From contig JAKOVX010000060.1 of assembly GCA_029781855.1 (NCBI GenBank), positions 48,405 through 112,404 of the forward strand: 64,000 nt of DNA, in the 5' to 3' direction. This DNA is from Acidobacteriota bacterium. GTDB lineage: Bacteria; Acidobacteriota; Blastocatellia; Pyrinomonadales; Pyrinomonadaceae. Each line of letters begins with the position of its first letter. Within the stretch, counting starts at the first letter, position 1. This document shows, in pieces, positions 38,138 to 45,799 of the stretch. A program made the translations under genes and the position numbers. Below the pieces are notes generated by a model. That model did no database searches. It saw nothing but the letters and a program-made list of their open reading frames with translations, and was not told where the DNA came from.

Positions 38138-38264
38138 GAAACTTGACCGGGGAACGTTCAACTTTGATTATTTACGATCATTTTTCGATTGCTATCGGTT
38201 TTTAGATAATTTTTATCAGTGATCAAAATTTGTGGTACAACTTTGATCATGAAGGTCACAAACC

Positions 38265-38810
38265 ATGGTTTCGACGAATGTTGTGTTTAGACAATTACCA
38301 AAGATAGGACTCGCAATCTTTATGCTTACGGTGATCGTCTGCGGGCAGGCGGCTGAGAGCGACGAGATCGAACGGTGGCAGGCGGATGATGCCTGGGAGC
38401 GGTTCGCGATACTCGAAGATGGCTTTGTCGAAGTCGATACGACCACCGTCGTCTGGGGCAAGACCGGCGAAGACACGATCGGGCGGGTCTTTTTCCGGAC
38501 GACCTACCAGAACGAAATGCGTCTGCTCGGTGATCCACCGCTCAGATACCATCAGTCGGTCGTAACCCTCGAACTGAATTGCACGCAACGACATTGGCGA
38601 ACGCTGCTGACTGAGTTTCTCGATAAGAACGGCAAAATTATCAAGACCCAGGCACCCGCGAAACCGGACCTGTGGTACGGCTCGATGGGCGTCGTGGGCC
38701 GTAAACATGTGGCGGCGGGCTGCTCCGTCATCGAAAAGGCCCGCGGCATCGAAAAGAAAACCGATACAACCCCGCCGAATCCTGCGAGACTCAGAAAGCA
38801 GCCGAATTGA
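38265..38810 (+). CDS. Hypothetical secreted protein
   Basis: 181 aa with a signal/TM-like LAIFMLTVIVCGQA and sensible composition. The overlapping minus-strand ORF is Arg-rich junk. Confidence 0.6.
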   Translation: MVSTNVVFRQLPKIGLAIFMLTVIVCGQAAESDEIERWQADDAWERFAILEDGFVEVDTTTVVWGKTGEDTIGRVFFRTTYQNEMRLLGDPPLRYHQSVVTLELNCTQRHWRTLLTEFLDKNGKIIKTQAPAKPDLWYGSMGVVGRKHVAAGCSVIEKARGIEKKTDTTPPNPARLRKQPN

Positions 38811-38828
38811 CACAAACGAAAACCGTTG

Positions 38829-39221
38829 TCACGAGGCGGTCAGGCGGACTCGGATCCAAGCAGCGAGGGATTGCTCGGTCATTTTCCCGGCTGCGAGGTC
38901 CATAATTGCGAAATATTTTTCTTCGGGTTGGGCGGCGATATCGCGGCCGTTGAGGATGAGAAAGGTTCGCATCGCGACGAGGCCGGTGCGTTTGTTGCCA
39001 TCGAGAAAAGGGTGGTTCTTTACGATGCCAAAGGCGTACGCGGCGGCAAGCGTGGCGATGTCGGCATCTTCAGAATAAGCGGCTTGATTTTGGGCTTTGG
39101 CGAGAGCGGATTCGAGCAGGCCGAGGTCGCGGATGCCATCCTCACCGCCGTGCTCGGCGATCTGGAGACGATGGATCGCAAGCACCGCCCGCAAAGAGAG
39201 CCATCGAATCTCGGCTGTCAT
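38829..39221 (-). CDS. doc: Doc (death-on-curing) Fic-family toxin
   Basis: HPFLDGNKRTG Fic/Doc motif in a 130-aa protein. It overlaps the upstream antitoxin gene by 4 nt. Confidence 0.9.
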   Translation of the reverse strand: MTAEIRWLSLRAVLAIHRLQIAEHGGEDGIRDLGLLESALAKAQNQAAYSEDADIATLAAAYAFGIVKNHPFLDGNKRTGLVAMRTFLILNGRDIAAQPEEKYFAIMDLAAGKMTEQSLAAWIRVRLTAS

Positions 39222-39445
39222 TCGGCCAGCTTACGCAATACGTCGCGGTCCTCGCGCATCACTCGCTGCGCGATCTCGATCTGAGCAGCAAAATCGGGGT
39301 CATACGGCGTCAGCTCGATACCGTTCGGCGTCTCAAGAGCGTAAAGCGTGTCGCCCTTGCCGACGCGGAGAGTCTCAAGAAGCTCCTTCGGCAAAACAAC
39401 TCCGGCTGAGTTCCCCACCGTTGTGATTTTAAGGGTCGTCGTCAT
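39218..39445 (-). CDS. AbrB/MazE/SpoVT-type antitoxin (Phd functional analogue)
   Basis: LKITTVGNSAGVVLPKELLETL swapped-hairpin motif. Start trimmed to MTTTLK. Confidence 0.8.
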   Translation of the reverse strand: MTTTLKITTVGNSAGVVLPKELLETLRVGKGDTLYALETPNGIELTPYDPDFAAQIEIAQRVMREDRDVLRKLAE

Positions 39446-39477
39446 ACCTGCATTATAACAAATGTTATAACAGTGAA

Positions 39478-41175
39478 TCAAGAACAATAAACGCGAAAGT
39501 CGATCTCGGCGAAGATGTTGTCGCGGGATTCGATCTCGTGGAGGAGGTCGAGTTGGTCGGGTGAGAGAACCACCCCGTCAGCGGAAGCCGCTGCCACCCC
39601 TCCTTCGTAAGGAGGGGAGCCTGAGCCAAGCATCTCCGCGAGGAGGTTGAAGCGCTGGATGTGGGATTGGAAGCGGTTGGACGAGTATTCGACCGTGGTG
39701 CCCTGATAGATCTGGAACGCCCAGTCGGAGGATTGGGCGAGGAGGAGTTCGCGGGCCATCTGGTTGAGGATACGCGACGCGGGGAGAACCACCCCGTCAT
39801 CCGCAGCGGATGCCACCCCTCCTTCGTAAGGAGGGGAGCTTTTGAAACGGTTCGCAAGCTCGGTCATGCGGCGTTCGGCGTCGTGCTGGTACGGGTACAT
39901 CCACGAGTTGCCCTCGTTGAGCCAGACCTTGTAATAGCCGTTCTCGCCCCACGACGAGGCGGTCGGCTGCTGGATCTGGATGGGCAGGCGCGAGTCAAGA
40001 AAATCGCCGGGCGTGATGCATTCGATCTGGTCCTGGTCGAAGTGTATCTTCTTAAAGAAAAAATCGATGAACTGCGGCCCCTCAAACCACCAGTGGCCGT
40101 AAAGCTCTGCGTCGTAAGGAGATACGACGAGCGGCGGGTGCCCGCCGAAGGTCTCGCGCAGCTTATGTGCCTGCTGGATGCGCTCGCCGATAAAGTGCAT
40201 TGCGTTCTCGGCGGCCTTTTCGCGGGCGGCGTTGGGGTCGTATGGCGCCTTGTGCTGCTGCGGCACGTCGCGGCCGGTGATGCGGTGGTATTTCAGCCCG
40301 AGGTGACGGCGGCTGCCGTCGGCGTGCAGGTGCGGCCGGAGATAATCGAGGGGGGCATCCCACCCGATATCGCGGTAAAATTCGCGGTAATTTACGTCAC
40401 CGGGATAACCGCTCTCTGCCGACCACACCTGCTGGCTGGTATCGACGTCGCGGGCAAAGACGGCAGTGCCGTTGGGGCAAACGACCGGCGCATGAACGCC
40501 GAACCGGGGCCGCGGATCGCCGTAAAGTATGGCGTGGGTGTCGGAGATGAAATACTCGATGCCGGCGTCTTCAAGCAGCGATTCGACGCCGGGCTCGTAC
40601 GCGCATTCCGCAAGCCAGATGCCGCGGGGCTGGCGGTGGAAATGCTTTTTATAGTTGGCGACGGCGATCTGCACCTGTGCCCGGCGTGCCTCGTGCGTCG
40701 AGATGAGCGGCATAAAGCCGTGGGTCGCGCAGCAGGTGATGATCTCGATGACGCCCTCGTCCTGCAGCTCGCGGAAGGCGTTGATCAGGTTGCGGCCGTA
40801 GCGGTCATTCCACAGGCCGAGCGACGCCGAGAGGTTGTCGACGTACATTTTCGCGACGCCGTGAAACTCCATCGCCTCGCGCGATGTGCGGTCGAGCTCT
40901 TTGCGTGCGAGTTCGAGGAGGTTCTCAAGATGGCGCGTGTAGCGTTCCTGCAGGAGTGGGTCGGCGAGCATCTCGCAGAGCGGCGGCGAGATGTTCATCG
41001 CGAGCCGCGGCTTCATCCCGGCCTCGTGCAGGGACTGGAAAATGAAAATGAGCGGAAGATAGACCTCCGTGATCGCCTCGTACAGCCAATCTTCCTCTAA
41101 AAACTCAGGATACTCGGGGTGACGCACGAAAGGCAGGTGCGCATGGAGGATGAGACTGAAATAACCGAGGGGCAT
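39478..41175 (-). CDS. GH57-family 1,4-alpha-glucan branching enzyme
   Basis: N-terminal LILHAHLPFVRHPE, WLAECAYEPG and the GH57 catalytic region. The C-terminal DUF1957-like helical domain carries two repeat-encoded inserts. Confidence 0.9.
   Translation of the reverse strand: MPLGYFSLILHAHLPFVRHPEYPEFLEEDWLYEAITEVYLPLIFIFQSLHEAGMKPRLAMNISPPLCEMLADPLLQERYTRHLENLLELARKELDRTSREAMEFHGVAKMYVDNLSASLGLWNDRYGRNLINAFRELQDEGVIEIITCCATHGFMPLISTHEARRAQVQIAVANYKKHFHRQPRGIWLAECAYEPGVESLLEDAGIEYFISDTHAILYGDPRPRFGVHAPVVCPNGTAVFARDVDTSQQVWSAESGYPGDVNYREFYRDIGWDAPLDYLRPHLHADGSRRHLGLKYHRITGRDVPQQHKAPYDPNAAREKAAENAMHFIGERIQQAHKLRETFGGHPPLVVSPYDAELYGHWWFEGPQFIDFFFKKIHFDQDQIECITPGDFLDSRLPIQIQQPTASSWGENGYYKVWLNEGNSWMYPYQHDAERRMTELANRFKSSPPYEGGVASAADDGVVLPASRILNQMARELLLAQSSDWAFQIYQGTTVEYSSNRFQSHIQRFNLLAEMLGSGSPPYEGGVAAASADGVVLSPDQLDLLHEIESRDNIFAEIDFRVYCS
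39565..39620 (-). repeat. 56-nt double-hairpin element inside the GH57 CDS (copy A, encodes GSPPYEGGVAAASADGVVLS)
   Basis: Hairpin CAGCGG-aag-CCGCTG at 39579-39593 and hairpin CCCCTCCTT-cgt-AAGGAGGGG at 39597-39617. Confidence 0.8.
39784..39839 (-). repeat. 56-nt double-hairpin element inside the GH57 CDS (copy B, encodes SSPPYEGGVASAADDGVVLP)
   Basis: Hairpin CATCCG-cag-CGGATG at 39798-39812 (stem differs from copy A but stays complementary). Identical CCCCTCCTT-cgt-AAGGAGGGG at 39816-39836. Offset from copy A is 219 nt (73 codons). Confidence 0.8.
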
Positions 41176-41180
41176 ACGTG

Positions 41181-41249
41181 TCAGTGGCCAGTGGCCGGTG
41201 GCCAGTGGCCGGAAAAAGCCAAACCATGCGGCTGACCACCGACCACTGA
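41181..41249. repeat. Intercistronic hairpin built from GGCCAGT/GGCCGGT heptamers
   Basis: tcagtggccagtggccggtggccagtggccgg ... ggctgaccaccgaccactga. The arms are imperfectly complementary. It lies between the DUF4912 stop and the GH57 start. Confidence 0.65.
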
Positions 41250-41259
41250 GAACCGAACA

Positions 41260-42645
41260 CTATCTGAGACTGTGCGAACTCACCGGATTGTATCGCGGTG
41301 AATATTTTGGCGCGAGCGTTTTCGGCGACAGGCCACGCGTTTTTAGCGTTTTCGGAAAATTGACGAGGCTCGCTCCGTAAACGGCGGGACCGTACTGCTC
41401 CTCGGTGAATTCCGCTTCGTCGATGTCGAAATATTCGGTCAGCGACGCCATTGCTTTCGCGGGCTCGAGCGCACCGGCATTTGCCTGCAGGATCTCGAAA
41501 AGGGCGGCCGAGATCTTGTGCTTGAGGCTCTCGAGCGGGACACCGGCGGCGAGGGCGAGCAGAGCGTAACGGATATCCTCTGCCGTGATCGCACTGAGGT
41601 CGATGCCCGAAGCTCCAAGAAAGCTCATGAACGCCGTGAACGAGAGGTCCTCGGCCGCGGCCTGGTCGTCGCCTGCCATCGCGACGTCGAACGCGTCACG
41701 CGAAAATCCGGCGACGTCGAGCACCTCGGCGAACTTGCTTGCCGATACTTTCCAATCGGCGTCGGTCGCGGCACGCGGGCTCGGCGAACGGCGCGGCGTT
41801 TCGACGGTATTCGAGTACAAAATGCGAAAATACGGGCGATTCGGGGCGTAAAATCCGATCTCGGCCTGATAGGCGCGGTCGGGTTCGACGTCGAACCAGT
41901 AATTGCCCTCGGCGTCGGTCTGGTGGATCTCTTCGCGGCCGGTGCGCTTGTCGATCAACTTGTGGACAAGCGTGTAGCTGCCGAGATCGTCGCCGAAAAC
42001 GCTGCGGAGACGGGCCCAGGGATTGTCCTTGACCGACCAGTAAAAATAGACACGCGTCGGCGTCTGCATCTGCAAACGTGCACGATTTTCACGCGGCAGC
42101 TCGGGCAAGGTCGGTTTGGCCAAAAGCTTGAACGCGGGCGATTTGCCGGCGAGCGGATCGGCGGCTTCGAGCTCGAGGACCGGCTCGCCGGGCCCGAGTT
42201 CGAGGATCTGATCTTCGTCAATGACGGCCTTGTTCGCCGTACGTTTTGCCGCGGGTTTTGCAGCCTTGGCCGTTTTCGCTGCGGGAGTCGCTTTGGCGGC
42301 TTTCGGCGCGGCCTTTTTCGGGGCGGCAACCTCGGCAGCGGGTTCGGCGGACGTTTCAGCCTTGGCGGCCTTCGCCGTTTTCGCGGCGGGCTTTTTGACC
42401 GGCGAGACGGCCTCGACCGTTTCGGCGAACGGGTCGAGGGCTATTTCCTTCGAACGGCGCACTGCTTTCTTGGCCGGTGTGGCGTCAATGTCGGCTGCTT
42501 TCGGGGCAGCGGCGGCACGCTTTGCAACGGGCTTTTTCACCTCGGCCGGCTCGGCGACCTCAGCGAACGGCTCGACCGTTTTTGACTTCTGTCTCGCGGC
42601 AGTCTTCTTCGCAGCCGCACGTTTCGTATCTGTTTTCGTCTCCAT
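41260..42645 (-). CDS. DUF4912 domain protein with a Lys/Ala/Pro-rich N-terminal half
   Basis: The central RLQMQTPTRVYFYWSV...YWFDVEPDRAYQAEIGFY block fits the DUF4912 pattern, which commonly neighbours GH57 genes. Start at METKTD. Confidence 0.72.
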   Translation of the reverse strand: METKTDTKRAAAKKTAARQKSKTVEPFAEVAEPAEVKKPVAKRAAAAPKAADIDATPAKKAVRRSKEIALDPFAETVEAVSPVKKPAAKTAKAAKAETSAEPAAEVAAPKKAAPKAAKATPAAKTAKAAKPAAKRTANKAVIDEDQILELGPGEPVLELEAADPLAGKSPAFKLLAKPTLPELPRENRARLQMQTPTRVYFYWSVKDNPWARLRSVFGDDLGSYTLVHKLIDKRTGREEIHQTDAEGNYWFDVEPDRAYQAEIGFYAPNRPYFRILYSNTVETPRRSPSPRAATDADWKVSASKFAEVLDVAGFSRDAFDVAMAGDDQAAAEDLSFTAFMSFLGASGIDLSAITAEDIRYALLALAAGVPLESLKHKISAALFEILQANAGALEPAKAMASLTEYFDIDEAEFTEEQYGPAVYGASLVNFPKTLKTRGLSPKTLAPKYSPRYNPVSSHSLR

Positions 42646-42712
42646 AACACAAAAAAACCGCAATGTGAAAGTATGCGGTCTTTCGCGTCAAGTTACAAGT
42701 ATAAAGGCAAAT

Positions 42713-43561
42713 TTACGTCGCAGGTGCGCCGGAATTTGAGACGGAGCGGATCTTGACGTCGACCTTGAACGATTCGGTTTCGATGCGGCCGCGAACGGGG
42801 AGGTGGCGGGCGTCGTCGGTAAACCAGATGACGAGGCTTCCCTTTTGCTCGATGAGCCGGTCGTGTCCGAAGACGTTGGGCTCGACGCGCAAGGTCCACA
42901 CTTTGCCAACCGCGGTTTTCATTCTTTCACGGGAAACGACACGGACCGGGATATCGTAAACGAGCCCGGAATCACTGATCGGGACGTTGAATGTCGTGCC
43001 TACCTCGAGCGGCCGCAGCCGGACGGTGTAGATCGCCGAAACGATGTCGTTCATCGTGCCGGGCAGGTCCGAGGCGATGCGGCGCGGCGGGCGGTTGGGC
43101 TCTTTGGGGTCGGTCTCGGTAAAGGTTACGGTCTTGCCGGCGTAGTCAAATTCGGCGATGCTGTCGCGGACGCGGTCCTTCTGGACGTCGTGCTTGGTGG
43201 TCTTGATGATGCCGAGGCTGACCGGGTCCATGACCGACTCGTATTGCTGCAGGAAGCTGTAACGGAAGAGCTTGAGCAAGGTGCCTTTCGACTGTGCCTC
43301 GGTCTTGATGATGAGGTTCTCGTTCGCCGGGTCGCGGCTGAGCGTGAATGTCAGGTCAGCGACATTGATGCCGATGAACTTGGTCGCCTTAACGTCGTAA
43401 ACGAGCGTCTCGCCAACCGCGAAGGGCCGCACGGCGGCATTGACGGCAGCGGTCTTGACGACGCCGGTCGTCTGTTGGCCGATCGCGAACGCGGCAAAGG
43501 CCGTGATCAACACAGCCAAGATCTGAACTTTTGAAAAAATTCTAGACATAAAATTGGTCAA
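42713..43561 (-). CDS. DUF3108-like secreted protein
   Basis: Signal peptide. GETLVYDVKATKFIGINVADLTF-type N-terminal block and overall beta-rich composition. Family call is from memory. Confidence 0.6.
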   Translation of the reverse strand: MTNFMSRIFSKVQILAVLITAFAAFAIGQQTTGVVKTAAVNAAVRPFAVGETLVYDVKATKFIGINVADLTFTLSRDPANENLIIKTEAQSKGTLLKLFRYSFLQQYESVMDPVSLGIIKTTKHDVQKDRVRDSIAEFDYAGKTVTFTETDPKEPNRPPRRIASDLPGTMNDIVSAIYTVRLRPLEVGTTFNVPISDSGLVYDIPVRVVSRERMKTAVGKVWTLRVEPNVFGHDRLIEQKGSLVIWFTDDARHLPVRGRIETESFKVDVKIRSVSNSGAPAT

Positions 43562-43815
43562 TAACTTTCGGCGACACGGGCCGTCAGTCTAAGTAACACG
43601 CCGAACGCTGCGCAGCAGGAGCAATACCCTAAGTATAGCCGATAAACGAAAATTCCGTCCGTCTTTTTCTGACGTGCCATCCGACGAAAAAAACGCTGCA
43701 CATTTCACACAAATTGATCCAAATCCACTCAGAAATGGGCGCTGCAACTCACCGAGTTTGATTCGATAAATTCGAGAATAGATGCCCGCGAACCGGCCGG
43801 CAGGTGCCGCCTCCG

Positions 43816-44859
43816 TCACGCAGGAACCGCGGCGGCGAGGCGTTCGCGGACGGCGGCGAAGACGGTTTCGACGTCGATGTCCATGCAGATCCATTTGTCG
43901 CAGGTGCGGCGGTGGCAGTCGATGCGGCAGCCGATGTCGGTGCGTTCGACGCAGATGTCGCCGGGCGTGAGGCTGCCGTTTCGCCACCACTCGGTCGGGC
44001 CGAAAATGCCGACAATGGGTGCACCGGCGGCGATGGCGATGTGCGTCGGGCCGGTGTCGCCGCCAACGTAAACGGCGGCACGGCGGGCGAGTTCGTAAAA
44101 GCCCTTGAGCGACGGTTCTGTGAGAATCAGCTTGCCGGCACGGCTGGCGGCGGCAACGCGGGCGGCGAGTTCGCCCTCGGCCGGGCCGGTCGCGACAACG
44201 GATACCATTTCCGTCTCTTCGAAAATACGGTCGGCGAGCTGGCCGAACTTTTCGGCGTGCCAGAGCTTGGTGACCCAGCCGCCGCCGGGATTGAGGATCG
44301 CGAACCGCTCACCGGAGCGCTCGATGATCGCGTCCGCCTCGGCGGTGTGTTCGGGTGAGGTCGCGATCGGAAATTCGAGATGCGCGTCGTCGTATTCGAA
44401 CCCGAGGGCACCGCTCGCGAGACGCAGATTCTTGCGGATGACGTGCGTTTGCGGCGGAATTTTGACCGTGTCGGTCAGCAAAAAGCGGCCTGCGGGCTCA
44501 CGCAATGCCGAACGCGAAAAGCCCCAACGCCGTCTCGCACCCGAGACCTTGGCGATGACCGCCGATTTGATCAGGCCCTGCATATCGATCGCGATGTCGT
44601 ATTTTCGCTCGCGAACGGCACGTGCCTGACGCGAGACGTCGAGCAGGATGTCCTCGATCTTCTTGCCGCCGCGAAGCGAACGCGTGTCGATCTCGATCAG
44701 ATGATCGAACAACGGACAGCCGCGAATGATCTCCGCCGAACGCTCCTCGGCGACCCACGAGATCTCGGCCAACGGCAAATGCCGCCGGATCGCCGCCACC
44801 GCCGGCAGAGCATGCACCAGATCGCCGATCGCGCTGAGTTTTACAATGAGGATACGCAT
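43816..44859 (-). CDS. Glycosyltransferase family 9 (LPS heptosyltransferase)
   Basis: MRILIVKLSAIGDLVHALPA N-terminus and GGDTGPTHIAIAAGAPIVGIFGPT C-terminal motif. Confidence 0.85.
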   Translation of the reverse strand: MRILIVKLSAIGDLVHALPAVAAIRRHLPLAEISWVAEERSAEIIRGCPLFDHLIEIDTRSLRGGKKIEDILLDVSRQARAVRERKYDIAIDMQGLIKSAVIAKVSGARRRWGFSRSALREPAGRFLLTDTVKIPPQTHVIRKNLRLASGALGFEYDDAHLEFPIATSPEHTAEADAIIERSGERFAILNPGGGWVTKLWHAEKFGQLADRIFEETEMVSVVATGPAEGELAARVAAASRAGKLILTEPSLKGFYELARRAAVYVGGDTGPTHIAIAAGAPIVGIFGPTEWWRNGSLTPGDICVERTDIGCRIDCHRRTCDKWICMDIDVETVFAAVRERLAAAVPA

Positions 44860-44875
44860 TGATCGTGACTCTGAC

Positions 44876-45307
44876 CTAAGATTGTTCGTTTCGATACTCA
44901 GACTCGAATTCTAGCAGCGTGACGGTTCTGACCTTTGGAAAATCGATTTGTTTCAACGCCTGAAAATGACTGTCGTTCGAAAGGATAAAGTCGGCGTCCG
45001 ATGCTATAGCGCAGTCGATGAACTTGTTGTCGTCGGGGTCGACCGTCGATAAATTGAAATTGAAGTAGATCGGAGTCTGAATGGTCTGAGGATTTACGAT
45101 TATGAAACTTGTGACGTTTTCGGCTAACTCCGGACTGGCCTTTCTCGAGAGTATCTCGTGATATTCAGTTAGAATCTCGTTGGAAACACACATTCTCAGC
45201 CGCCCGTCGATAATGCGATCAAATATCCACCGGTACGGCGACAATCGTCCAATGATCGCGATAAGAATGTTGGTATCAAGAACGATCTTCAAAGCGGTTG
45301 TGCTCAT
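44876..45307 (-). CDS. PIN-domain toxin (TIGR00305-like)
   Basis: IVLDTNILIAII N-terminal acidic motif, a later DDNKFIDCAI and LSND. The start may be an internal TTG, because it overlaps the antitoxin 3' end. Confidence 0.8.
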   Translation of the reverse strand: MSTTALKIVLDTNILIAIIGRLSPYRWIFDRIIDGRLRMCVSNEILTEYHEILSRKASPELAENVTSFIIVNPQTIQTPIYFNFNLSTVDPDDNKFIDCAIASDADFILSNDSHFQALKQIDFPKVRTVTLLEFESEYRNEQS

Positions 45308-45497
45308 TTGCCCAGCGGGTCATGTCTTCGGGCGTCAGTTTTTGGTCGTCCCAAACGAGATCCATAGAGTTCGTTGCCTTTTCAGCAAAAAACCTCGCGA
45401 GCACTCCCTTGATCTCCTTCAATGTCTGTTCGGAAACGTTATTTCCGTAAAGCTGAAGAAGCTCCTTTTGCAGATTGCTTAGTCCAATATCCGGCAT
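45276..45497 (-). CDS. Putative antitoxin partner of the PIN toxin
   Basis: 73-aa ORF immediately upstream of and overlapping the PIN gene. No fold recognised. Confidence 0.5.
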   Translation of the reverse strand: MPDIGLSNLQKELLQLYGNNVSEQTLKEIKGVLARFFAEKATNSMDLVWDDQKLTPEDMTRWANEHNRFEDRS

Positions 45498-45799
45498 AGC
45501 CTTCGAAACCACCTTTCAACAAATATTACCACGAAATCCGTCGTGAGACCGACGAAACCGATCTTGCCCGGCGGCCCTACAAACCCGGCTTACGAAACTT
45601 TACTGTCAGCTTTGCAAACAGGTCGGCGGTTTGCGAAGTCAAAGCAAATGCGACGTTTAGTAGGTCTAGTTCCCGGCCGGTGGCGTTTTCGTGGGGGAGC
45701 GGATATTGGAACAGCGGAGTCTCTATGCGTACATACTTAGAAGAGTTGGAGATCGCAAGCTGAATTCTTATGACCGCGAGCAGAAGTTATCTGTCGATC

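Noticed and set aside
39661-41100. 479-aa ORF on the plus strand
   Set aside because: It is antisense to the GH57 gene, which has unmistakable family motifs. The translation is Arg/Gly/Val-rich with no motifs, a typical shadow ORF in GC-rich coding DNA.
41518-42585. 355-aa ORF on the plus strand
   Set aside because: It is antisense to the DUF4912 gene. The composition is Arg/Gly-rich and low-complexity, with no RBS or motif.
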